From assembly GCA_964408995.1 (NCBI GenBank), contig CAYPBP010000002.1, positions 32,491-96,490 of the forward strand: 64,000 nt of DNA, given 5' to 3'. Each line of letters opens with the position of its first letter. Within the stretch, counting starts at the first letter, position 1. The position numbers were made by a program, and so were the translations under genes. This DNA is from an uncultured Gammaproteobacteria bacterium (GTDB taxonomy: Bacteria; Patescibacteriota; Microgenomatia; UBA12405). This document shows, in pieces, positions 1-7,723 of this stretch. The notes beneath the pieces are model-generated. The model saw nothing but the letters and a program-made list of their open reading frames with translations. It was not told the DNA's origin and did no database searches.

Positions 1-863
1 TACTGAGTAACAGAAGGGCTGTTGTTGTACTCGACAACCTTGGCTCTAATACCAAAAGATTCAAGAGTTTCTTCAATGGTGTTAGCATTGTGCCTGACAT
101 CACCACGATCGGCTTTGGCTCCAGGGGTATCATCAAAAATAGAAATTGGTGGATATTCCCAAACTTTACTGTCTGATAATGATTGAAGAGGTGATGTTTG
201 AAGTGGTAATTGATTGTTAAGTGGTGACCTGATGACTGGTGGAATATTAACAACATTCGGATCATCTTTTATATTTTTTTCATCTTTATCTTCACGCTTA
301 AATGGAGATAGTTCTGACAAGAATAAGCCAGCTTTTTTAGAAGAGGTTTTTTCTTTGCTTTTATTACCAATAGTATATTTTTTAATAGCTTTAAAAACAG
401 TTACTAGAAACTTAACAATTTGACCAATATTGGTGTCGAAAAGAATAACAAAACCAGCAACACCAGAAAAAAAGAAAATGAAAAAACGAGGTATTTCTCC
501 GACTAAACTATCGATTTGTTCGGTGAAAAAAGCACCAATTGTCCCCTGTTTTAATAAACCTAAAAGAGAAATAAACATAATCAGAAAACCAAAGAAAACA
601 TTTAGTTCTTTTAGAGGAATTTTAATTTTGGCGAATAAAAAAGAAATTAGTAAGAGTAAAAATGGAACAAAAACAGAAATTAAACCAAAATATTCAGTTA
701 GTTTTTGGTTTAAGACAGTTGAAAGTTCGGTTGATTGAAGAAAAGAGAATAAAGAAATTATGGAAAGGATTAAAAAGAAGATAAAAAAGATAGTTTTTAT
801 AGTCTCTGGTTTTAACCTTAGAACTGGAAATAGATGTTTTTTCTTGCGACCTCGTTTAGCCAT
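1..863 (-). CDS. ftsK: DNA translocase FtsK/SpoIIIE, N-terminal membrane and linker part, continuing beyond the window start. The ORF is not in the supplied track because it runs off the edge
   Basis: Reverse-strand translation starts MAKRGRKKKHLFPVL, has several TM segments and ends in the window with ...WEYPPISIFDD...NTIEETLESFGIRAKVVEYNNSPSVTQY, typical of the FtsK region just before the ATPase domain. Start ATG is the complement of 861-863. Confidence 0.75.
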   Translation of the reverse strand, partial: MAKRGRKKKHLFPVLRLKPETIKTIFFIFFLILSIISLFSFLQSTELSTVLNQKLTEYFGLISVFVPFLLLLISFLFAKIKIPLKELNVFFGFLIMFISLLGLLKQGTIGAFFTEQIDSLVGEIPRFFIFFFSGVAGFVILFDTNIGQIVKFLVTVFKAIKKYTIGNKSKEKTSSKKAGLFLSELSPFKREDKDEKNIKDDPNVVNIPPVIRSPLNNQLPLQTSPLQSLSDSKVWEYPPISIFDDTPGAKADRGDVRHNANTIEETLESFGIRAKVVEYNNSPSVTQ

Positions 864-916
864 AATAATAGTATATAGTATTTGATATTAATTTGAAATT
901 TTAATTAAAAACTAAA

Positions 917-944
917 AGACACTCCGCCTGGCGGGGTGTCTTTG
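917..944 (-). terminator. Rho-independent terminator downstream of proS
   Basis: Inverted repeat agacactccgcctggcggggtgtctt, followed on the minus strand by a T-rich run. Confidence 0.6.
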
Positions 945-953
945 ATATTAAAA

Positions 954-2672
954 TTATTTTAATTTGGAAATTAATTTATCAACAGAAACAATTTCACTTG
1001 CTTCTTCGTTTCTATTTTTGAACTCAATTCCACCATTTTCAAGACTTCTTTTACTGATAACTAGCCTAATTGGAACACCAATTAAATCAGCATCAGCAAA
1101 TTTAGCTCCGGCAGTAATTTCAGCTCGATCGTCAAACAAAACATCAATATTTTTATCTAATAAATCCTTATAAATTTTTTCAGCTTGATTTTTTATATCA
1201 TCTTCAAAAAGATCAAGGCCAATTAAATGAACTTGATATGGAGCAATAGATTTTGGCCAGATAATACCTTTGTCATCATGGTAAGTTTCAACAACAGTAG
1301 CCATGGCTCGACCAATACCAATCCCATAAGAACCCATATAGATTTTCTTTAAAGAACCATCTTTGTCGACGAAATTACCATCTAAAGGTTCACTGTAGGT
1401 GTAGCCAATATTGAAAATATTACCAAACTCTACGGCTTTTATAAATCTTAGTTTTGTATTGTTGCATTTTAAACAAATGTCACCATCTTTTGCTTCAGCA
1501 ATATCACCTTCAAAGTCTGGTTGATAATCACGATCAATATTTACATTTAATAAATCAATATTGAGTTTGTTTGATCCACCATAGGCGTTTTTAATTGTTC
1601 TTAAAGAATCATCAGCAACAATAATTAAATTTATTTTTGGTGCTAAATTATTTTTGATGCCAACTGGAGAAATAAAACCTGGAACAGAATGAATTAAAGT
1701 AATGATTTCTTCGTCAGTTGCATGACGTAATTCATTAGATTGAGTAATGTTTTTAAGCTTGGTTTCATTGACCATAAAATCACCACGAATAATAGCTAAA
1801 ATATAACGACCATTTTCATCAACATACATAACATCCTTAATTTGTTGCCAAAGTGGTTTATTATGAAAAGTAACACCATCTTCCATTGTTGTACCGCGAA
1901 CAGCAGCAATTTCTTGAAGCTCATTTTCAACATCATCTAAATTCATTTTTTCTTTAACAAACTGAGCAGTTTCAATATTGGCTGCATAACCACAAGTATC
2001 ACAAACAGCAATTGTGTCTTCGCCGACATCAGTTTCAACCATAAATTCATGAGAAACAGAACCGCCAATAGCACCATTATCAGATTCAACAACAACTACT
2101 TTTAAACCTAAATTTTTAGCAATTTCTTCGTAAGCTTGCCAATATTTTTGGTAAGTTATTTTTAGATCTTCTTCGTTTTCATGAAAAGAATAGGCGTCTT
2201 TCATAACAAATTCGCGAGTTCGTAAAAGTCCACCAGTTGGACGAGCTTCGTCTCGGAATTTTTGAGAAAATTGATAAATATTAATTGGTAAATCTTTATA
2301 GCTAGGAGCGAATTGATTAACTAAATCCATCATGACTACTTCAGCAGTGGCACCAAGAGTAAATTCGGCTTCATTTCGATCTTTTAAGCGCATCATTGAT
2401 GAACCAAATTTTTTATCACGATTAGCTTTTTGCCAAATATCAATTGGATGAAGAGTTGGAACAATTAATTCTTGAGCTCCAGTTTTTTCCACTTCTTTTC
2501 GAATTACATCTTCTATTTTTTTAGAAATTTTGTAACCTAGAGGTAAAAGTGAATATCGACCAGCAGCTAATTGACGAATAAATCCACCTTGAAGTAATAA
2601 TTTATGGCTAACAGCAGTGGCCTGACTAATAACAGTTTTGCTTGTTTTTCCAAATAGTTGTGAATATCGCAT
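954..2672 (-). CDS. proS: Prolyl-tRNA synthetase, bacterial type with editing domain
   Basis: 572 aa. Class II aaRS motifs, the ProRS-like N-terminus MRYSQLFGKTSKT...RQLAAGRYSLLPLG, an inserted editing domain, and a C-terminal anticodon-binding region. Confidence 0.9.
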   Translation of the reverse strand: MRYSQLFGKTSKTVISQATAVSHKLLLQGGFIRQLAAGRYSLLPLGYKISKKIEDVIRKEVEKTGAQELIVPTLHPIDIWQKANRDKKFGSSMMRLKDRNEAEFTLGATAEVVMMDLVNQFAPSYKDLPINIYQFSQKFRDEARPTGGLLRTREFVMKDAYSFHENEEDLKITYQKYWQAYEEIAKNLGLKVVVVESDNGAIGGSVSHEFMVETDVGEDTIAVCDTCGYAANIETAQFVKEKMNLDDVENELQEIAAVRGTTMEDGVTFHNKPLWQQIKDVMYVDENGRYILAIIRGDFMVNETKLKNITQSNELRHATDEEIITLIHSVPGFISPVGIKNNLAPKINLIIVADDSLRTIKNAYGGSNKLNIDLLNVNIDRDYQPDFEGDIAEAKDGDICLKCNNTKLRFIKAVEFGNIFNIGYTYSEPLDGNFVDKDGSLKKIYMGSYGIGIGRAMATVVETYHDDKGIIWPKSIAPYQVHLIGLDLFEDDIKNQAEKIYKDLLDKNIDVLFDDRAEITAGAKFADADLIGVPIRLVISKRSLENGGIEFKNRNEEASEIVSVDKLISKLK

Positions 2673-2731
2673 GACTTATTATAACTTATAGCTTCAAAAA
2701 AGATTATTTAAAATTTAGTATAATATAAGCT

Positions 2732-2929
2732 ATGGAAGAAAGACAATGTACACGTTGTCCAGTTGATAAAGATAAACTTTGTTTTAAAAAACAGATTGAA
2801 GCTATTGCTAGCGCTGACATACCCGCATCAGTTAAAAATGAAAACATTGGTTTGCTTCGAGAAATATATAGACCAACAAATTGTAGTCATATAAATCATA
2901 ACCCTCCTTTTGACAAAAAAGGATTGTAA
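2732..2929 (+). CDS. Hypothetical small Cys-containing protein (CxxC ... C ... C)
   Basis: 65-aa ORF that ends exactly where repeat copy A begins. TATAAT-like hexamer 9 nt upstream. No recognisable domain. Confidence 0.25.
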   Translation: MEERQCTRCPVDKDKLCFKKQIEAIASADIPASVKNENIGLLREIYRPTNCSHINHNPPFDKKGL

Positions 2930-3640
2930 TTTATACCTCAATTACCAACGGTAAAACCATTGGTTGGCGGCCAGTTTAAATTTTTGATATTGCAGATATG
3001 TAATAAAAATTGCAATAATAGTATGTGCTTTATATTCAAAACCCTAAAAATTTTGCAGATAAATTTAAAACAAAATCATCTAGATTGAATAACTGGGATT
3101 ATTCTAAGCCAGGTTTTTATTTCATTACGATAAAAACATTAAACGATAATAATTTTTTTGGAAAAATTATTAATGAAAAAATTGAATTATCGGCTATTGG
3201 TAAAATTGCCAATCAATATTTAATTGATATTTCTAAACATTTTTCAAATGTAATATTGGATGAATATACTATTATGCCAAATCATTTGCATATTCTATTC
3301 CTTGTAGAGACGCCAGATCTGGCGTCTCTACAAAATAATCAAAAAATCACGTTGCTAAATTATAGCCACAATAACCATCCAGATTTTTATAATCGATTGA
3401 ATCAAAAATCAAAACAATTAATTCCAAAAATTATTCAACAATATAAATCATCAGTAAAACGAATTTGTAATCAGAACAATTTATTTTTTGGTTGGCAAAA
3501 TCGTTACTATGATCAGATTATTAAATCTAAACTAGAATTAAATAATATACGTCAATATATTAAAAATAATCCTGTTAATTGGAAAAAATAATTTATACCT
3601 CAATTACCAACGGTAAAACCATTGGTTGACGGCCGGTTTT
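2928..3640 (+). mobile_element. IS200/IS605-like (RAYT-type) Y1-transposase element bracketed by a 50-bp direct duplication
   Basis: Direct repeats at 2928-2977 and 3590-3640 (taatttatacctcaattaccaacggtaaaaccattggttgRcggccRgttt, 2 mismatches). Each contains the imperfect palindrome ccaacggt/accattgg and flanks a HUH-Y transposase gene. Confidence 0.65.
3025..3591 (+). CDS. IS200-like / REP-associated tyrosine transposase (COG1943-type Y1 HUH transposase)
   Basis: GTG start. N-terminal W-x6-G-YF-T-T box (NNWDYSKPGFYFITIKT), HUH motif IMPNHLHILFLV, and C-terminal catalytic-Tyr box WQNRYYDQIIKSK...YIKNNPVNW matching the RAYT/TnpA_REP signature. Confidence 0.8.
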   Translation: MLYIQNPKNFADKFKTKSSRLNNWDYSKPGFYFITIKTLNDNNFFGKIINEKIELSAIGKIANQYLIDISKHFSNVILDEYTIMPNHLHILFLVETPDLASLQNNQKITLLNYSHNNHPDFYNRLNQKSKQLIPKIIQQYKSSVKRICNQNNLFFGWQNRYYDQIIKSKLELNNIRQYIKNNPVNWKK

Positions 3641-5347
3641 CTTGTAAATAATTTCTTCAAGATATCCTTGGACTTCTTCCCGAATAAATTCCATATTGGC
3701 TGGAGAACTAGTGGCTTGATTGAATTTATTAGTAATTTCTATTTTTAAAAAGTCCATGAGTTCGGCATTTTCTTTCATAAAGACAAAACCACGACTAAGA
3801 ATAACTGGAGGAGTTGATAATTGACCAGACTCTTTATCTAATAGTAGAACAACTGAAAACATGCCATCTTCGGCCAACAATTTACGATCCCTTAGGACAG
3901 TAGTGCCAACATCCCCGACCCCAAAACCATCAATTAAAACTTTGCGGATGGAAATATGATAATTAGTATCAACTGTACCATTGCTATTAAAAGTAGCTGT
4001 ACCATCATAGTCGGGTAAAATAACTTGGTCTTCATTGTAACCTAATTTTTTAGCCATCAATTGGTAAGATTTTAGATGACGATAATTACCACCAATTGGT
4101 AGTAAATATTTTGGTTTTAAAAGATTAATTAAAAGAGCGTGTTCTTTTTCAAAACCATGACCAGATACATGAAGTTCTAGTTTTTCTCCGTAGACAACAT
4201 CTGCTCCCAATTTTGAAAGAACATCAATCATATTATAGATATTTGAGGTTGTACCAGGAATATAATCTGGGGATGAAAAAATGACTTTGTCTCCAGATTT
4301 AACTTTGATCCTATGTTTACCCATAATCATCTTGCTAAGAGCTGAATCTGGTTGACCAGCGAAACCAGCAACTAAAAATAATAGTTTATTATCAGCAAAA
4401 TTTTTAATTCTTTCGACTGGGACAATATCAGTATCATTTAAGGTTACATAACCTAAGTCCTTGGCAATAGTTATGGCTCTATCAACCGAAAAACCAACGA
4501 TAACTATTTTTCGACCAACACTTTTACCGTATTCAATGGCTTGAGTCCAACGAACTATGTTACTAGAAATTGAAGTTACAAAAACTCGACTTTTGGCAGA
4601 AACTATTTCATTTTTAAAATTTTGAGCAATAGAACTTTCTGATGGTGACCAACCTTCATGATCAGAACCTAAGCTGTCGGACATTAAAGCAATGACTTTG
4701 CCGGTTTGACCAACCCGAGCAATGTGTGAATAATCAGCTCCTTTGCCATCTAGAGGGAAAAGATCGAATTTAAAATCGGAACCATGATAAAAAATTCCCA
4801 TCGGAGTAGTGATGGCAAAATGAAAAGTATCAGGAATAGAATGAGTAACTCGAATAGGGTCTATGTTGAAAACACCTTTATTTATAGATGGAGTTAATTC
4901 ATCATAGACTTGAAGATTAGCCCGAATTTGAACTTCACTAAGTCTGGCTTCAATAAAAGCAGCTGCTAATTTAGGAGCAAAAACTGGAATATTATTACCA
5001 ATAATAGGAAGAATAAAACGGACAGCACCAATATGGTCTTCGTGACCATGAGTGATAAAGATACCTAAGATTCTATCTTTTTTGTCTTGAAGATAATGAG
5101 TGTCAGGAATTTGAAGATCAACACCAAAGGCATCTTCTTCTGGAAAACCAACTCCACAATCGACAATAATAATTTGGCTTTTAGAAAGATCCCCACTGGG
5201 AATATATTCATAGACGAACATGTTTTGAGTAACATCCCCAAAGCCACCAAGGGAACTGATTCGGACTGAATCATTACCAGAGCGATATTCTCGAACTTGA
5301 TTTGGAGCATTAATAATATTTTTATTTGTATTTGTATTTTTAAACAT
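3593..5347 (-). CDS. rnj: Ribonuclease J (metallo-beta-lactamase / beta-CASP RNase)
   Basis: 584 aa. HGHEDHIGA zinc-binding motif and beta-CASP layout. The C-terminus ...PMVLPLVIEV is encoded by repeat copy B. Confidence 0.85.
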   Translation of the reverse strand: MFKNTNTNKNIINAPNQVREYRSGNDSVRISSLGGFGDVTQNMFVYEYIPSGDLSKSQIIIVDCGVGFPEEDAFGVDLQIPDTHYLQDKKDRILGIFITHGHEDHIGAVRFILPIIGNNIPVFAPKLAAAFIEARLSEVQIRANLQVYDELTPSINKGVFNIDPIRVTHSIPDTFHFAITTPMGIFYHGSDFKFDLFPLDGKGADYSHIARVGQTGKVIALMSDSLGSDHEGWSPSESSIAQNFKNEIVSAKSRVFVTSISSNIVRWTQAIEYGKSVGRKIVIVGFSVDRAITIAKDLGYVTLNDTDIVPVERIKNFADNKLLFLVAGFAGQPDSALSKMIMGKHRIKVKSGDKVIFSSPDYIPGTTSNIYNMIDVLSKLGADVVYGEKLELHVSGHGFEKEHALLINLLKPKYLLPIGGNYRHLKSYQLMAKKLGYNEDQVILPDYDGTATFNSNGTVDTNYHISIRKVLIDGFGVGDVGTTVLRDRKLLAEDGMFSVVLLLDKESGQLSTPPVILSRGFVFMKENAELMDFLKIEITNKFNQATSSPANMEFIREEVQGYLEEIIYKKTGRQPMVLPLVIEV

Positions 5348-5413
5348 AATATAGACGGTTATAAATAATAATTATCCAAACTATAACCCACAAAGACGTT
5401 TGGCTTTTAATTC

Positions 5414-5992
5414 TTAATTAATTTTACCTAAATAATCTCCAATTTGAGTGAAGTCATTTTGAAGAGACTTAAGCATTTGACCATTTCGCAAACCAGCTGA
5501 AGGATGGTAGACAGGAATAATAATTAAAGGTATTCCCTGCCATTTTGTTTTTACAACTTTTCCATGAACTTGACTGATAAGCTGATCTTTGAAGAAATAA
5601 TTCATGGCAAAACGGCCAAGTGTAATAATTATTTCTGGTTTTATAATTTCAAGCTGTGCTTTTAAATAAGGCACACAGACTGTTATTTCATCAGGATTAG
5701 GATCACGATTTTCTGGAGGACGGTGTTTTAAAATGTTACAAATGAAAACGTCGGATCTATTCAGATTAATCGAGGCTAAAAGTTTATCTAGTAGTTTACC
5801 TGAATTACCGACAAAAGGCAAACCTTGTAAATCTTCCTTTGCCCCTGGAGCTTCACCAATGATTAAAATTTTGGCACTGGGATTACCAAAACCAGGAACT
5901 GGATTGATGGCAGTTTTGGATAAAGAACATTTTTGGCAATCTTTAATTAGAGAAGCGATATAGTCTAGTTTTTGTTGATTTGTTAATGACAT
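5414..5992 (-). CDS. Uracil-DNA glycosylase, family 4 (UdgA-type)
   Basis: [27 protein letters not shown] and HPSAG... motifs. Cys residues for a 4Fe-4S cluster near the N-terminus. Confidence 0.85.
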   Translation of the reverse strand: MSLTNQQKLDYIASLIKDCQKCSLSKTAINPVPGFGNPSAKILIIGEAPGAKEDLQGLPFVGNSGKLLDKLLASINLNRSDVFICNILKHRPPENRDPNPDEITVCVPYLKAQLEIIKPEIIITLGRFAMNYFFKDQLISQVHGKVVKTKWQGIPLIIIPVYHPSAGLRNGQMLKSLQNDFTQIGDYLGKIN

Positions 5993-6032
5993 TATTTAAA
6001 TTTCTGAGATATACGTTTTATTTATTTATTTT

Positions 6033-6065
6033 GTATATACGCCCCGTACCACGGGGCGTATATAC
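6033..6065 (-). terminator. Intrinsic terminator downstream of the Lon-like gene (repeat family E)
   Basis: 13-bp stem tatatacgcccc(g) / (c)ggggcgtatata with loop taccac, followed on the minus strand by A/T-rich sequence. A near-identical stem recurs at 52424-52455. Confidence 0.6.
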
Positions 6066-6075
6066 TTTAAAATTT

Positions 6076-7137
6076 TTACCACTGAGGTAGATAAGTTTTT
6101 ATATTAGACTCATCGACAATTATTTGTTTTACTTTACCCTCTAGAATAATTTTAGCGGCTTTACGACACATACCTTCAATATTTCTTTGAAGAGTACGAA
6201 CACCAGCATCAAAACCAAGAGGTCTGACAACTTGGGGCCACATATTATCAGCTATTTTAATATCTTGTGATGTTAAACCTGTGCTTTGTAAAGCTTTTGG
6301 CAAAAGATAATCCCTAGCAATAACTATTTTTTCTTCGTCAGTATAGGAAGGCATTTGGATAACTTCAAGTCTGTCCATAACAGCGGTGGCAATTCTGGCG
6401 GTATTGTTACAGGTAGCACAAAAAATGGCTTGTGAAAGATCGACTGGATAGTCTATGTAATGATCAACAAAATGATTATTTTGTTCTGGATCTAGAAGCT
6501 CAACTAAAACACCCATGATGGTGTTTAAAGCGTCATCAGCTACTCTATCGATTTCATCTAATAAGATAACTGGGTTATTGGTTTTACAATTTACTAAACC
6601 TTTAATTATTTGACCTGGCTCAGAGTTGGGAAGAGTACGAGAATAACCACGAAGATAATTAGGATCACCAAGACCACCAAAAGGAATTCTGATTAGTTCC
6701 CTGCCTAAAACTTGAGCAATAGATTTAGCCATAGTGGTTTTACCGGTTCCCACTAAACCAACAAACAAAAGAACTGGAGCCCGAACTGCTTGATCTGGAT
6801 TTCGAACTCTTTGAAGAGCTAAAACAGAAACATATTCTAAAATTCTTTCTTTGATAGAATCTAGACCATAGTGTTCTTCGTTTAATTTTTCTTTGGCATA
6901 AGTAAGATCTAAAATATCTTTGCTTTGATTAGACCAAGGAATAGTAACAACCCAATCAATATATTTAGAAATGTTTTGATAGTTTTGCCAAAAAGTTTCT
7001 TCGTTTTGAGAATTAATTTCTAATTGAGAAAATAACTCTTGCAATTTTATACTTAAATTATCGGGTAATTTGACAGCAGAGACTTTAGTTACAAGTTTTT
7101 GAATCGCCTCTTTAGTAGTTAAAACATTCGTTTCCAT
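6076..7137 (-). CDS. Stand-alone LonA-type AAA+ ATPase module; the Lon N-terminal domain and the protease domain are both absent
   Basis: 353 aa that align collinearly with E. coli Lon residues ~230-590: YIDWVVTIPW, HYGLDSIKERILEY, Walker A GLVGTGKT, Walker B ILLDEIDRV, and sensor/alpha-subdomain ...GVRTLQRNIEGMCRKAAK. The ORF stops where the protease domain would begin, and a terminator follows 10 bp later. Confidence 0.8.
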   Translation of the reverse strand: METNVLTTKEAIQKLVTKVSAVKLPDNLSIKLQELFSQLEINSQNEETFWQNYQNISKYIDWVVTIPWSNQSKDILDLTYAKEKLNEEHYGLDSIKERILEYVSVLALQRVRNPDQAVRAPVLLFVGLVGTGKTTMAKSIAQVLGRELIRIPFGGLGDPNYLRGYSRTLPNSEPGQIIKGLVNCKTNNPVILLDEIDRVADDALNTIMGVLVELLDPEQNNHFVDHYIDYPVDLSQAIFCATCNNTARIATAVMDRLEVIQMPSYTDEEKIVIARDYLLPKALQSTGLTSQDIKIADNMWPQVVRPLGFDAGVRTLQRNIEGMCRKAAKIILEGKVKQIIVDESNIKTYLPQW

Positions 7138-7172
7138 ATTAAAAGTATATGCTATTTAAATCCCAATGTCAT

Positions 7173-7661
7173 TTACACAAAATACTCTTTGACTTCGGAA
7201 AAAGTTTTACCAGCAAGAAAGTTGTTAGCAGAAAAACTTTCATTAGTTACATCTTTTCCAAACCAGTCTGGTGCTTTAAAAGAATCCATTTCTTCTTTTG
7301 AAGAAAATTCTACTTCCACAAAAGCAACTCCAGTTAAATCTGCTTTAAAAATATCTAGTTCAGCCATTAAATTATTATCAAGAGGAATATTGTATCTAAT
7401 TTTTTCTAAAGATCTTTCAGTTAGGGGCCAAAGTTTATTAAATTCATGTTCGGTTAAATAAATATTTACTTCTTCAAAAGCAGAATAGTCACCTTCTTTT
7501 ATGGGTGTTTTTTTAGTTAATTCAAATTTGTCACCTTTTTTTCTTATTCTTAGAGGTGGTTGAGATGAAGAGATATAACCTTGTTTAATTTGACAAGATG
7601 AAAAGGCAGATAAATCATCAGGAATTTTTTTGACTAAAAAAGTTTTTTCGATTTCTAACAT
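7173..7661 (-). CDS. CYTH-domain protein (CyaB / triphosphate-tunnel metalloenzyme family)
   Basis: 162 aa. MLEIEKTFLV start, QGY, RIRKKGDKFELTKK, and the acidic VEVEF motif, as expected for the CYTH fold. Confidence 0.7.
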   Translation of the reverse strand: MLEIEKTFLVKKIPDDLSAFSSCQIKQGYISSSQPPLRIRKKGDKFELTKKTPIKEGDYSAFEEVNIYLTEHEFNKLWPLTERSLEKIRYNIPLDNNLMAELDIFKADLTGVAFVEVEFSSKEEMDSFKAPDWFGKDVTNESFSANNFLAGKTFSEVKEYFV

Positions 7662-7680
7662 TTACTTATTTTAGCAACAA

Positions 7681-7702
7681 AAACCCCGACTTGCGTCGGG
7701 GT
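7681..7702 (-). terminator. Intrinsic terminator downstream of pnp
   Basis: aaccccgacttgcgtcggggtt hairpin, followed on the minus strand by ttttgttgc. Confidence 0.65.
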
Positions 7703-7723
7703 TAAAATTTTAAAATTTTATTT

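Noticed and set aside
214-738. Plus-strand ORFs 214-423 and 430-738 from the track
   Set aside because: They lie antisense to the well-supported ftsK reading frame. The translations are low-complexity K/S/F-rich with no motifs.
964-1173. Plus-strand 69-aa ORF inside proS
   Set aside because: Antisense to proS with no independent support.
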